48,578 nt of DNA from Lama guanicoe (lineage: Eukaryota), in NCBI GenBank assembly GCA_013239625.1, contig MU054212.1, positions 4,324,650-4,373,227 on the forward strand, in the 5' to 3' direction. The notes beneath the pieces were generated by a model. The model was not told the DNA's origin and did not search any database. It saw only the letters and a program-made list of their open reading frames with translations. Every line of letters begins with the position of its first letter. Positions within the stretch are counted from its first letter, which is position 1. Position numbers and translations under genes: made by a program. Shown here one piece after another: positions 24,303 through 38,361 of this stretch.

Positions 24303-24969
24303 ATACAGTTGTCATCACAGAAAATAGATTAATTTCAAAAACTAAAATAGTGAGTCTTGCTATACAGCAGAGTACTAGTGGGAATGCACAAACTTTGACA
24401 TTGTACAGCAAGTTTAGAATTCCAAGAGAAAACTTTCACTATGAATTTGTAACAGAAATCACCAAAAAGGCTTAATTTAAAATGCCTTGAATTTATTTGA
24501 TTCCCTACCAAATATTCCATTGTGCATAAATATATAATTACTTTAATTATCTCACTATCCTAATTACTTGCTGGGGCTCTCTAGAAGGTATTTAACTCTT
24601 CCTGGCCAGTATAATATTAATAAGCATAATGATAGATGTTATTAATTAGCTTCTGCGGGTCTGTGGATTTTGAAAGTTAACAATATCATGTACCTTTCGT
24701 ACAATAGTAGCAATTGAACTTCAGGGAAAAGTGTTGTAACATTTTCCCTAATGTTTGCAATATTTTTCCTCCTTCTAAAAGTTGCTAATATAAAGTACTT
24801 TGTTTAGTTTTACCACCAAAGAGTGAAAAATAGTGAAGAATTTATCAGTAAATCAAAGGGATGAGCAAATAACTCATAAACAAAGAAATATAAACATATT
24901 AAGAAGATTCCTGAATTTCAGTTAGGTATTAATACAAATTCATTCATTAGGAGACTCGAATTATATCTA

Positions 24970-25432
24970 CAGATCTCTCTCAACTTACTATGGGGTTACA
25001 TCCTGAAAAGCCCATCTTCAGCTGAAAATGCACTTAATACCCTTAACCTACTAAACATCATAGCTTACACCTTAACCGTGCTCAGAACTCTTACACTCAT
25101 CTACAGTTGGGGAAATGATCTAACACAAAATCTATTATATAATAAAGTTTTGAGTCCCATGGAACTTACTGAATACTGGACTGAAAGCGAAAAACAGAAT
25201 GCTCGTCTGGATCCAGAATGGTTGCAAGTGTATTGATTGCTTCCCTTCCTGGCTGACTGGGAGCTGAGGCTCCTGCAGCTGCCCAGAATCACGAGGGAGC
25301 ATTGCACTGCCCATCACTAACCCAGGAAAGATCCGAATTCAAAATTCAAACTATGGTTTCTACTGAGTTGCTCTTGCACCATCATAAAATGGAATAACGG
25401 TAAGTCAAACTATCCTAAGTTGAAGACTATAT
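24970..25432 (+). mobile_element. MER47/Tigger5-like TcMar-Tigger DNA transposon fossil
   Basis: TA|cagat...caacttactatggggttacatcc, aacctactaaacatcatagctta and ctgaaagcgaaaaacagaatg. Degenerate inverted end taagttgaagact. Confidence 0.88.
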
Positions 25433-28400
25433 TCATATTTTAAAATTACTCGTATCCAATTGCTACGTTGTATTTAATATACAGGCACATACACATAGAT
25501 ACTTGTATGCAGGATTGATGACAAGTTCAACTGAGTAGACGTCTTTCGAAATACTATTTTGACCTTTAACTCGTAAGCTTGAGAATTTTTTCTGGAAGAA
25601 ATAACAAAGCTATCTATGTGACTGGGTTCGTTACAACACTTTTAAAAAATAATTTCTTTATTCTTAAATGAAGCATTGCTTGTAATATGTATATTGGGCT
25701 ACAATTTTTATTTTGAAATAAGAAAGCAACACGCTGTATTTTTTATATTCAGTTACCACTTGGTAACGTACAGTAAGTGGAAAAACAGGTAAAATGACAG
25801 TAGAGAACGTTATCTGTGTTAAACTCGTAAGCATTTTATCCAGACAGTCTTTCCAGATGTGGGGAGCACTGTCTTGGGCCAAATTTCCAAATTGCGGGTA
25901 CTCCACCTCTCCAAGCCACCTCGGCCCCTCTGAGGCCACCGGTGGAAAGCCTCACCACTGGTGAGAGGATGTTTTATCCCTAGTGTGTTCCCTGAGGGAC
26001 AGAAATAATTAGCTCAGATGCCAGGTCAGAACCAAACCTTTGGCCACGCAAGGCACAACCTCCAGCAGCAGTTGAAAGTAGGAGAGGCCTTTGGCACACC
26101 TCTGTGCCCCTTTCCATCCTCCTGATCACCTTTCCTGCTTTTACATCTTTTCTGAGAAACCTGAGACCTTAAAGTGATGTATTTGAAACAATGAAGAGAG
26201 GCCCGAGAAAAGGATAAAGGAGCCAAAACCCACAGTAGTATATGCAAGAGGGGTAGGGAGACCCCTAGCTTGCTCACACTGGCTGCAGTCATAACTTCTC
26301 CAGGAACGTGTATTTCACAGTCTCTTAAAACGTTTAGTCTGCAGACTGATGCATGCTGGGGGTGTGGCTGTGTACAGGTAAGAAGGAAATCACAAAGAAC
26401 ACACAGAAACATTCTCAGTGTTAGGACGAGCTCTGGTTAAGAAAGAAAACAAGAAAAACACGTTACAGAAATCCAGAAACGTCTCTAGCTACTGGAGCAC
26501 GTTTCCTGTGGTTCCACTGTAATCGGTGATCACTTCTCCTAGTGGTTGAGCACAGTCGGGTTTCATTGACGGTCATTTTCCTGTGGATCACTGGCCCCGG
26601 CCCCAGGAAAGCGGCCAGCAAAGCAGAGGATGGAAGGCAAGTCTGTGTTCTTGTCACTTGAAAAGATGACAAAATTTCAGAAGGGTTACTGAGTGTTGGA
26701 TAAAGTCTTATTTTTCTTCTCCTCTAATTTATGTTTCATCCTAGATGTTCTAGAAGGAAAGGGCAAAGACAAAAACCAGGCTTGTTAAGTGTCTTGGCAA
26801 AAGTGCCGAGGTTTGGGTTGTGTGATGTTGAATTTGAACTTGTCTTATCACTGACATAAAGCGGCTTGTGAATGAATTCAGGAAGAGTGAATACATTTGT
26901 TTCACAGAGTAGAAATCTGGTCGGTGTCAGAGTAGTTCGAAGGCCAGACCTTCATTGGCTCTTTCATCTTTCTCAGGGTCTAAGTGTATTCTGGAACTAT
27001 CTTAGTGAACTGAAATCGTTTGTCGTCAGCAATCTCCATTTTGGGTTGGCTCATCTAGAAAGGTGTGATCTGATTTTGTGATAGCTCCATTTCTGAATTA
27101 AGCCTGACACTTGGAGTTAGCTGTGACCTGAGGCCGTGAGGAACACTGGGTGTGACTTTACAACTCGGTGTGAGCCATCATGGATGAGAAGGATGAGGGT
27201 TAACATCAACGTAACTCCTCATCTGACATCGCGTTTGGTAGTGACATGAGCAGAGCAGCACGCAGTGGCCCTTTCCCTCCCCGTGCCATGACGTTGTGAT
27301 GTCATGTTGGCAAGGCTGCTTTCTGTCTATGACAGCAGTGACATCTGCCTTCCTAAATCTCACCCGCACGTGGTTGTGAACGTCCCAGTTTCTCCCTTCG
27401 TTCGCTCTCCCTATGGTCTAGGTCCGTGTGGAGGTTTTTGCTCGTGTTCTTTGCCTTTCCAACAATCAATCCTTTGGCATCTTTTTCTAATGTTACAAGT
27501 TAGTAAAGTCTAGCCGCTCTGAAATGTTTTTCTTCTTCCCCCACCTTCAAAATGTTTCCATTCACTTTTTATCAGTAGAGTCAAGTCAAGGGAGCTTTAG
27601 AAGAAGCAAGAAAAGGCCAAAGGACTTTGCTAGATTTGCTGCTTGGGAAAGCTTGACGCGCTGGGCTGCGGACCATGGTGACATGCGTGGTGTAATTGAA
27701 CACAGAAGCCACGCTGATCACAGAAGCGGGAGAAAACTGCCCTGTGAGTGTATGTGTAACGTGCACGGGAGAGAAGGACGGGCACCAGGTCCTGTAAAGC
27801 CACATCCTTCACTTCCGCAGACTTGCTTCAGTAGTCAACGCCTTACTTCCCCAGGACCGCGAGCCACTTAAATCACACTCTGTTAGTTTCGTGTCATAAC
27901 GAAATTGAAAATGGGGAGCTCTGAGTTGTAATAGGCAGTTTTGACGAACTTCATGAATTCTCTGAATAGGTCAGAACCTTACACAAGGCAGGATTTTGCA
28001 TTTTCTCTTGCAGTAAATTGTCCTGCACCAGCGTGAGAAATCATGTCATATTTTATTACTAAACCCGGGAACTCAAATCAAGGATCAATGAGACTTCAGA
28101 AAGGATACTTGCCAAGAGTCGGCAGGCTTCAAAAGCTTTACGTTTCTCCTTTGTTTCTCTCCACTTTTTCATTTCAAATTGTCTTTTCATAAGGTTTTCA
28201 CAAATATTAGAAGAGGCAGTTACTAAACCCAAGTGCTAGAATAAAACTAAAAACCTCTTAAATACAGGTTTTTTTTGAAGACCTTATGAAGAACTCCACT
28301 TGAAATCACAAGATCCTCATTTTATGCAGTTGAAATGACAACAATTATTCCTAAGTAATTGCAAAGTGTACTTGAAACACTTAAAGATACATATCCAGAC

Positions 28401-30919
28401 TTTTAAATACTTTGAAAAACTTCCACAGGACAATCAATTTTGTGATTTTTTTCTCTCTTATTAAGAGTTTTTAATTTAAATTAGGCATTTATCAATATGT
28501 CATGAAACCCTAATACAATTCTTTTTATTGACATCGCAAAGTTGTCTTGTTTCAGTAATCTGGGTCCAAAATATTAAGGATGTAGTCAAGCATTGTTCAT
28601 ACAGATGCCAGTAAGCTATGAGAGGCAGTAACCTTTCCTCAAGTTTGTCTAAGCCGAATGATTCCATCCCAGAAAGGGTTGATTATTCTTTAAATATTTA
28701 TAGAGAAATGCACAATTTGATTTTGAGAAAACTTGTGTTTGATTTCCACACTGGCTCATACACATGTACATACATGTGCTGAAACATAACATACTTACTC
28801 ACATAAATTAATTTCTACCCTGGGTCAAAATGAAGTCCTTATTCTCACACTTACTTACAGCTTGTAGTATGCAAGAGGAGTGTCAAATACTATCAGTTAA
28901 ATTAGCAAGGGCATTTTCAAGGAAATTGATTTCTGGAGTCTGAAATCCCTGAAATCACTCAAAGTCTTTGTTGCTTTTCAGGTGCCCCATTAATCTTTAT
29001 AGGGCTCCACTGGCATCGGTGGTGGCCACTTTCCCACGCAGTGCTTAAGGCAGATGTGAGCCGAACACCAGGGCCCGGGGATTCAGGTCTAATTCAACAG
29101 ATGTCACATTAGGCTTTTAAACTAAACAGAAAATGATATAGAACGGATTTATAAAGACAGGGGTGTAAATTACAGCAACGGTGCTGAACTGTTCCCCGAT
29201 GAAGCTGGTTTCAGGGAGGAGCTTGTTTTTTGAATTACCTCCCTTGCCATTTTATGCAGCTGGAAATTTAATAAGAGCAAGCCTCAAAGCCCAGGAAGTG
29301 TTTCTCATCCAAAGGCTGCCTCTTCTGGTGAATGTTTAGGACCATGGGCAGCAACCAGGACTGAAACTGTTGGTAAGGAAAAAAAAAAGAGAAGAACTCA
29401 AAAATCTGCAGATCCCGGCTCTAGTGAAACTGAAGCTTAGGTACTAAATAAGGCGAAACCGCGTGGAATGCCACGGCGTGACAGTGCTTTATTCTCTAGC
29501 CCAGGTGGAGTTGTGTACTGGGGAGTCTGAGGCCTGATTTGAAGATGCTCCTACAAAAAAGAGTTCTTCTCTTCTGAAGGCAAGACAAAGATACAAAGTT
29601 GCTCTGAATTTTCCGAACTCTTAACAATAGCAGTAGTTCTCCCACAGGTAAAAAGAACGCAACTCAGAAGATACTTATGAAAAAGTAGGCTTGGACATTC
29701 TTGGAATTATCTCTAGAAAAACACAGGCTGTCTCTAGTTTCCTCTCTGGCTCATGATTTCAAACTCTGTTGCTGTCATGGCCTCAGATTCAGTTCTCAGG
29801 GTGGAGCAATTAGCAAGCTATTAGGGGAATGTAGATTGTCACTGCAACTGACTCTTTCTGTCCACGTCTTCTAATTTGCGCATACAACCTAGATGGTGTG
29901 GTTCAGGAATATTGGCGATTTACTGAAAATATGAACATTGCTACAGCAAACGTTTAAAAACAACTGAGGCAGAAGTAATGATGCAGGTGGTGAATAATAA
30001 AAGACCATAATGATAGCAATGACATTATCCCAGTGCTTAGAAATCAGAATAAGTATGTTAAACCTCGAGATAGTCCTTTTCTTTAAAGCAGCATCCTCTT
30101 TCATGTGAAAATGAGAAAAATTAAATATAGACAGACAGATAAAAAGGATTTACTCCATTTTCAAGGTAATTTATTTCCAGTGCTTACTTTCTCAGCTTTA
30201 TTTTTTGTAAAACTCTATAAAAGCTCTCTTGATTGAGTTCCCCCAAGCATCTCTGAGTGAGGCAGTCCAAAACATACATGGATTTGGTCATAAAGTGCAT
30301 TTTATTCATCTTGTCAAAACAACAAAAAAAAAGTCAGGAGGCTATCTGAAATCACATAAAACAGACTCAAGGGAATGAGAGATGCATTAAAATCACCCCA
30401 TACCTGACACAGAGTGCAACTGCATGAGGATGATTTAGACACTTATGCCTGAAATTAACCTGAAAAAAATATTTTCTGTTTTAAGAATTATATATGGACA
30501 GACTTCACTTCTCATTCTCCCTCTGGGCATGCTGATAAAATAGAACAGGGGATTGGAATATTCAAATTGACTCAATGTTTTGCCAAAAAGAATGTGGATG
30601 TTTATGTGAATTATACAGCACTGCCACTTTAAAAAAAATGTTTGGTAAAAAAAAATTGGATGCACATTCTCATTGGAATGTTTTAATATAAACTCTCTTG
30701 TACACATTGGCAAGAGTTTTTTAAACAGCTTAAACACTGATCCTCCTAAACCTCCACTGGGGCTGAACTCCTTTGGTAGACTCTGTGATCCCTGAAGACG
30801 TGACCTATGTCTTGCTCATGAGACAGACATGACCGCACAGAGCTCTGCCCCAGGCAGGAGGGAATCGTCCCTAAGTGAGACCGCAGCCAAAGTTACAGCC
30901 TTGGATGGATCGTAACACT

Positions 30920-31148
30920 TGCCATGAGCTTTCCAATATATCAAATAAATGCATTTGAGTTCGTGTAATCCTTCTAACGACTAAGTAGGACAGGTTTGGT
31001 GAGTGGTACCATTGTCATGTTAGGAAGTAGGGCGGAAATGAAGTTGAGGGGACATGATGTGACTTACATGAAGCCACAGATCTGATAAGTGACTTAGCTG
31101 GGATACACCCATTCTTCAGGTTACAAGGCTAATGATCTTCCCATTATA
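30920..31148 (-). mobile_element. MIR fragment
   Basis: tgtaatccttctaac ... gtgacttacatgaagccacag ... gctgggat ... cttcccattat. Confidence 0.6.
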
Positions 31149-31162
31149 GAGTTTTTCTCATC

Positions 31163-31285
31163 TTTTTTTCAATTGAAGTGAAGTCAGTTACAACGTGTCA
31201 GTTTCTGGTGTACAGCACAATGTCCCAGTCATGCATATACATACGTATATTTGTTTTCATATTCTTCTGCATGAAAGATTATTAC
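31163..31285 (-). mobile_element. Short L1 3'UTR fragment, similar to 23835-24057
   Basis: Reverse complement closely matches the 23835-24057 element (gtcagtttctggtgtacagca...gtcccagtcatgcatatacat). Confidence 0.9.
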
Positions 31286-32379
31286 TACCACCACCGTTTA
31301 TCGTTGTTGTTTTGTCTTTCTGTCATGTGGGTTTTGTGTTTTGAAAGATTTTGTCAACTAAATGAAACCTACTTATCAAATAGCCTGTGTAGCGTTACCA
31401 CAAGGAAATGTGGAATTTCCCTTGTGGTCCTGAACACGAAACAGCTCGTGTAAACTTACTATCTCAGGGCGCTCTGAGACTCACTGTACCATTCCCAATC
31501 CTGCTTACCCCTGGGATGGGAACCTCCAGGCGTATCAGCCCTTCACACATCGTGTCAGTTTGACGGCTTTCCTTCTGCCATTCCTGAAGTCTGGGCATGG
31601 TATTTAGATAAAAGTAGAGGGAAGTGAAAAAAATGTAAAACAACTAGCTGCCTGGTTAAAGACTCCTAGAGGCAGGGAAGTGAACAAGGATATTGCATGC
31701 TTCATAATTTTTCCTTGGTGCTGACTTTGCTTCATATATAAAATGAAAAGCAACAATGGGAAAATGGTCATAATTTAATGACTAAAGGAAATAGTTCAGT
31801 GCAGGTCAGATGGGTTATTTTTAGCCTTCATAATGAGCAAATCAAATCACTGCCTGATTCACATGGTCAAGTGATGCACACTTGACTATAAAAATAACTG
31901 AACGTGACAGATAACTTGAACTGTGCCTGGTTAGCAACTACGTGATCATGTGCTAAGTTTATAAAAGCATTCTTGCTATAGACTCACAGTGGCAAACTTC
32001 TACACACATATTCAGGGAGTAGCAGGCAGAAGATTCTGAAAATGCAGTCTACTCAGTGATAAATAGGAGAGTTAGGAAGCCTCTGACTAATATAATTGTG
32101 GTCACACTACAGAGTTAGGAAATGTATATCTCCCTATTAATCAATTACACTTTATAAAATACCGTTCAGTCTTAAGTCAGCAATTAAATTCACACAGATA
32201 GAAGATCCAGTACTCACAGAAGACACGCTGTGTGTGTGTGAGCTTTACAGCTTTTGCATTTTCCTTTGCACCTTCGATAATTTTTATTTTGTATGATCCA
32301 AACTCTTCAGCATATTATGTCTTTTATAATTACTGTCTCATGTGAAAACACATATTTACAAAATGGCTTGAGAGTCTTT

Positions 32380-32765
32380 CAGGCTTGCCTTGTTTTTTCA
32401 CGTCATTTCGTCTTTCTGCAGGACCATCCCTCTTTCCTTTAAATGCTTTCGACACGTATCAACTTGATGAATTCCTATTTATCATTTATGATCATCTTTG
32501 CAGAGTCTTTGGTTATCTCTCACCTTTCTCTCCGCTCCAGGCACAGCTCACTGTGCTCTTTTTCTTTGATCCTGTGTCATTTTTTTTTTTGATAGAGCAC
32601 CTCCCTTATGGTCTTTTTCATATTTCATTAGCTGTCTACCAACTGTCCCTCCCCCAAAGCCAGTCCCTGGAAGAAAGAATCATGGTATATTGATTTCTGA
32701 ATCCCAGGAGATGAGCTCAAAACCTGACACAAAGTAGGGGTTCAATAAATATTTGCTGAATGAAT
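32380..32765 (+). mobile_element. L2 3' end
   Basis: cctgacacaaagtaggggttcaataaatatttgctgaatgaatg is the canonical L2 terminus. Confidence 0.8.
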
Positions 32766-33325
32766 GTCTTAAGTCAGGTTCCCTAGAAGCAGAACCTGAG
32801 ACCAAAATTCTTTTGCAATGATTTATTGAGGACCAGCTCTCAGGAGAAGCTGTAAGTGAGGGAAACAAGATGGAAAACAGGGAAGGGAATTAAGCAAATA
32901 TGCAATCAGCTGAGGTCATGTCTGGGACAACCCAGAGATGTTCTTCTTGTTTTGTGGAGAGGGGGAGGTAATTAGGTTTATTTATTTATTTATTTATTTT
33001 TTAATGGAAGTCCTGGGGAATGAACTCAGGACTTCATGCATGCTAGGTATGCACTTTACCACTGAACTATATCCTCCTCCCCAGAGGAGTTCTTCCTGTC
33101 ACCTTCTGTACCCTAAATCATTCTGTTATTAGCTGTGGGCCTCCTTCTGGGAAAAGGGGGAACATAAAAAACCAGACATTTTCAAGCAAGACAACTCAGG
33201 CTGCCCAGCAAGTATTTGGAGAAGGGATGCTGTTGACAGAAATTCACTATCATCACTCAGAGCAACTGAGGATGGTGCACCGGCCAGGAGGAGGACCTAG
33301 GGACGGTAACAGCAGTGCTAACTCA
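32765..33325 (-). mobile_element. MaLR LTR (MLT1-type) interrupted by a SINE
   Basis: tgtcttaagtcaggttccctagaagcagaacctgagac...gatttattgagga matches the MLT1 terminus. Confidence 0.78.
32947..33079 (-). mobile_element. tRNA-derived SINE, camelid Vic-1-like (more diverged copy)
   Basis: Same architecture as 20621-20754. TSD CCCAGAGATGTTCTTC (32931-32946) / CCCAGAGGAGTTCTTC (33080-33095), 14/16 identical. Confidence 0.9.
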
Positions 33326-33411
33326 AAAAAAAGTGCAGATCCATTCTTCAGTTTTGTGGATAATGATTTGTGTGGAATAGAATGATTAATGTAGAATATC
33401 AGAAATAATTC

Positions 33412-33605
33412 AAGCTTAGGGGTCAGACCCCCGGTTCAAATCCTGGTTTTGTCTGTGTAACCCTGGGGCAGGTCACTACACCTCTCCCAGCCTCAGTGTT
33501 CTCCTCTGAGAAACAAGGATAATAAAATCTATTTCATGTCATCCCGGTAAGGATTATACAAAATATATATAAAGGACCTTACAAAGTGCTCAGCACAGAG
33601 TTTGT
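33412..33605 (+). mobile_element. MIR SINE
   Basis: gtcagac...ggttcaaatcctgg...tgtgtaaccctggggcaggtcac...gcctcagtgttctcctctg...ggataata. Confidence 0.85.
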
Positions 33606-33874
33606 ATAATTATCATACATCATTTCCTTGGGTTCATTTACCAAGCTCAGAAATGAATGCAGTTCTAGACAGAGAATTCTACTGAAATTCTTGGACATTG
33701 ACAGTCCTCTCCCACACATTAGGGATATTTTTAAAATACAGGGTGGAGAGCAGAGAAGCTAGACTGATTATCGGGTTCAGCTCAAAAACCGTATCTGACA
33801 ACCTTAGAAAAAGATTGCCCTTAGGGAAAAAAAATCACTCTTCATTATTAATCTAATTTGCTTGCTTCAGAGCA

Positions 33875-34050
33875 CCAGTCACCATTTAAATTTGTGTAAA
33901 CTTATTATCTCTTTTGTTTTTATCATCTGTTTCTTTCCCCCAAGTAAAATAAAATCTTTTTAAGGGCAGTTACCTCTTTTTCTTCCCCCCATGCAGCTTC
34001 CTCAGCATAAAACCCTGCCTTGGCACATTGTTGGTGGTAAATAAATGACT
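33875..34050 (+). mobile_element. L2 3' end fragment
   Basis: aaaatctttttaagggcag ... tgccttggcacattg ... aataaat. Confidence 0.55.
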
Positions 34051-37000
34051 ATCTTACTGCTATTTTAAATTATCTTATCAAAATCTCATGCTTGTTTTCA
34101 CTTACAGGCAGGGCTAAATGTGTTCCTACTTAGCAGAGATCAAAGGCCACACCTGCTAGAGCTGTTCTGTGACCTGTGTGAGCACACTTAGTCTCAAAGA
34201 GACGTGCATGTCACTGGTATTACTATTCACTTAGCCATTCATTATGACAACTCCTAGCTGACTCATATTTCAGAGTCCCAGTTCACCCAGTTTCAGAAGT
34301 TCTATGCACTATAAAATATTACTACTACTCAATGAATACAGACAAGAGACAAGACAAAGGATTGTCACTGTTCTCGAACCAGAATGGCAACAGATGACAC
34401 TGCATGTTAGTATAGAATTTCTGTGTGCATTTTCTTTTCTCATCCTACAGATGTCTCTGGACATAGTCGTATGTTGCTTATTCATTTTCTTTTTCAGACT
34501 TCGCTGTTGGCTGCTCAGGTCTTGAGGCATATGTCAATATGAATTTATATTTTGCTACATTGTGACGTCTTTGAAGATGTTGTGGATTCCTAATTGGCTT
34601 GACTGGGCATGAAGTTAGATATGAATAGTAATCCCACCCAGTTTTTTTTCCCCCCTATATTGTTTGATGCAATACATCTGAACTTGGAATCCTGGATGAT
34701 TAAAGTCTGAGTTATTAGTAATACCAAGTCAATCAAAAGAATAAAGATAGAAGAGGTCAGTGGTTTTACGTAATTACATAAATGCATGGATAACTGAGAA
34801 CTTCTGGTGTTGACCTGTATTTGTCAATGACCTGGCCATTGATGGATATAAAAATATCAGCGGTAGCTGATTCTCATTGCTTTGCCTCCATCCTCCTCTG
34901 CCTATTGATGTACTTGGAAGATGTGATTCAACTCTGCCACAGAAGACTCAGGAAGGCAAAGAATAGAGAATAGTTGCCTGAGAAATAGAGTTTTTTCCTT
35001 TTGCTTTAGATGTTGTATATTTTTTAAAGTGACATAACACCAAGGGTTCTATTCCTTCTATGCATTTTAACAATCTTTTTGGATACACATAGAAAAATCT
35101 GGCAAAATTCAAACATACTATAGGCCAGATCAAATGTGACATTATGTATTACCAGGTGGTTTATTAAATATTTGTGGAGAAAATAAAACATGTTCAGTGA
35201 TTTAAGGATTACACATTGAGTTAACGCTACTTATTTTCAGTCTCACATCTAAATTTGAAATATGCATGTTGAATAACTAGACTCTATTTCACTTAAAACC
35301 TAGAACGTCTGCTCATTTCAGAGTGATGGATGAATGACTGAGTCCATAGCTTCTGAGTTAGAAAATTGTTTCTCCTCATTACCAAATTAGTTCTCAATGA
35401 CAATTTAATAGGGAAAGGGGAAAAAGAAACACTAAAAAAGAAAGTAAAAGCTTTCCTGGGCTCTCAGAATGAATGAGAAAGGACTTTTTCAGACAAATGC
35501 CTTGGACTCTGTCAATGAAAAAGCATCTGGTTAAAAAAAAAAAGAATGTTTAATACTGGAATAAAATTAAATTCCCTCGGTCCCTACTAAAAATTTCACT
35601 GCATTTCCAAATTAAACAACTCTTTCAGGAACTGCTCAATGTGTCTGTCACCTTTAATAACTGAATTTGCTCCAAGAAATTAACAAATAAGGAGCTTATG
35701 ATTTTTTTTTCCTAGGTCTTCATCACATTGGAAAACTTCAAAACTTAAAATTTAATTTGATCATTTGTTTTCCTAGAATGTCTTTTTGATTTTGTGGACT
35801 TAACATGGGTGTTGAATTTACCTTGACATTGACTTTATCTAATTATGAGGGCACAGACCAAGCTACCAAACAGAAAGATTTGGGAATGGCATAGCTGTGG
35901 ACTGCAGGGATCATTTGGGTTATCCACAGATTTGACTACTTCTGGTTATGCAAACATCTATTTTACACCCAAGCTTTAAAGTTTCTTGTGCTTGTTAGCT
36001 TGCTAAATGTCCGAATGTTTCCTGCATCAAAAAGAAAAATATTAAGGCATATGAGATGTACCATAGTATAAATGTTTTGGGATGGTATTTACAAAGCCTT
36101 TGAAATATAAATTTCAAATATAAATTTTACCCAAGTAAAAATTGTGTAAGGGGAGTTCAAAATTTCAAAAGAAGTGACTGATGGATCTTGTAAGTGGTGT
36201 GCGGTCTGTGTTAAATAGTACGTTTGCTATACACATGTATACATACACATTACACACACATTGCGCACATTATGCTATAGGTCAAACACTTTTTTTCAGT
36301 AAATCAAGGAGTTAGTAAACAATTATACTTAATTCAATTTTCTTTTGTTTAATTGATAAATTCTTCACCTTTCTTTTTCAAATGAAATACAGACAGTAAC
36401 AACAGTAAACTGAAGGGAGGTAAAATAACAGAGATGAATCCAAGGGATATTGGCCACATTCACATTAATAGTTTTCTTTTCAATGACAGCTACCGAGCAC
36501 GTTTTTTTTCACAGTATTCAGATTGACAATTTATTTTAAGATATACTATTTTGCCTCTCGTTAAAAATGCAATATATATTTTGTTACACACTTAATAAAT
36601 AGGGACGAGAACAAAACAAAGAAAATATGCTTTCATTACTCGTTACCATAGAAAAATCACTATGAACAATTCCATTGTATAACATTCTCTTATAAGCACC
36701 CATAATTTGTAAAAATGGCATTGCATGGTACATTCTGTTTTGTTGACTATCTTTGACAGTTGACAACCTATTACGAAGTTATTTCCAACTCAATCAATGT
36801 GTTTCACCGTATGTATGGTATTTATTATCACAACTCTGCCACAATCCTACTTGTAACTAAACCATCCTTGGAGGAAGTCTGATAGGTCTTTTGTCAACAC
36901 CCAGGCCCTGTATTGTCTGCTCCTGTATCGTCTTTTACTTAATTTTGTCTGGCACCTGTTGTGCCTCCTAGACTTGCGTTCTCAGGTATACATCCAGAAG

Positions 37001-38294
37001 AGTTTTATTCTGTTCTCTTTTTGACTGTTAGTTTGTTTCCATTTGTTCTGTATTTCCCTTGGGAATACAGAATTTGGGGTGTTGAGTCTCTTTTGTCACT
37101 TCATTATCGTATCGTCTCAGGTCTTCCATCATTTTGGGGACCCTTTTCTCTGCATCTCAGCAAAGCCTCTCAAACATGCTTCCTATAGCACAGATTTGCT
37201 TTTATCACGCTGACTCTTGCAATGCTGTTGCAAATATAATTTTAAACTCTGCTGTGACATTTTCACATTTCTTTCTTGAACTTTTCCAACCCCACTTTTT
37301 ATTGTCCTGTCAAAGCATTTTAATCTCTTTTCATGAAAATTGTGTTTATCTTTATTTCCTTTGGAAAAAAACAGATTACATCTAATTTTTTACTTCTGTT
37401 TCTTGTCTAATATATTTTTAGAAATCAGGTACTTTACTTTTTAAACACTTTATCTTTTTTTTTTGGTTATAGAATAGTTTTAATAAGTCTTCTACTACTT
37501 TCTTCTCCAATGAAGAAATAACACCTCACCTTGTATGTTTTCTTCTAAATATTATAAATGCATAATCTTTACATATACTCACTCTGTTGGTATCTTATGT
37601 TCAAATATGAAAACGTAGGTTAAACAGGAGTCTGGGGAAAGAGAAGAGTATCAGAGATGAATATTGTCCCAATAGAGGAAGTCCCACTCTGTGTAGTTCT
37701 TTTCCCTGTTTGTTAAAACTACTTTCAGACACCAGGTATCATCACCTAAATCTCTATGCACCCCAGCCTCCATCCTATAGGTATACAGTATAGTTGTGAT
37801 GGGCTTTCTTCAAATTGCTGTTGTCATTTTTATCGGAAGAGAGCATTGCTATTCCAGAGAAGGGCCCTAAAGCGTCACATTGAGCTCCACCAAGTCAGAG
37901 CAGGGTCCAATGTGAAACGTCCTTCTAGGAGAAACTCAGCTCTGCAGGCTTATCCGTACGATTCTCCCAACAGAGAAGTGTTGTGGAGTGTTTACTGGCA
38001 TCCATTGGCACAGGACATGAAAAACAAGAATTACACCTTTCAAGTTTAAAATCCTACAGTTACTTTTCGAATGAATGAATAAATGAGCCAATGAAAGGAG
38101 AATGTTCAAAAGGATTCTTTTATATTCCGTTTAGCATCAAGCCACAATCTTTACTTTTCTTTCTTTTAAACATTTCTTGTATAACTTTTAGTTTTGACCT
38201 GTATCTTCTTACAATTTTTCTTATTTCTGACCAATAAAAAAATAAAATCATTTTGGCCTCAAGTTTCTTTTTTTTCCATGAAGTATATGTGTGA

Positions 38295-38361
38295 ATATAT
38301 ATATATATACACACATATATATATATACACATATATATATGTATGTATATACACACACACA
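38295..38361. repeat. Compound (TA)n/(CA)n microsatellite
   Basis: Directly visible. Confidence 0.9.

Noticed and set aside
36772..36782. TACGAAGTTAT resembling a loxP arm
   Set aside because: Only 11 bp, with no inverted partner arm across an 8-bp spacer. Best explained as chance.
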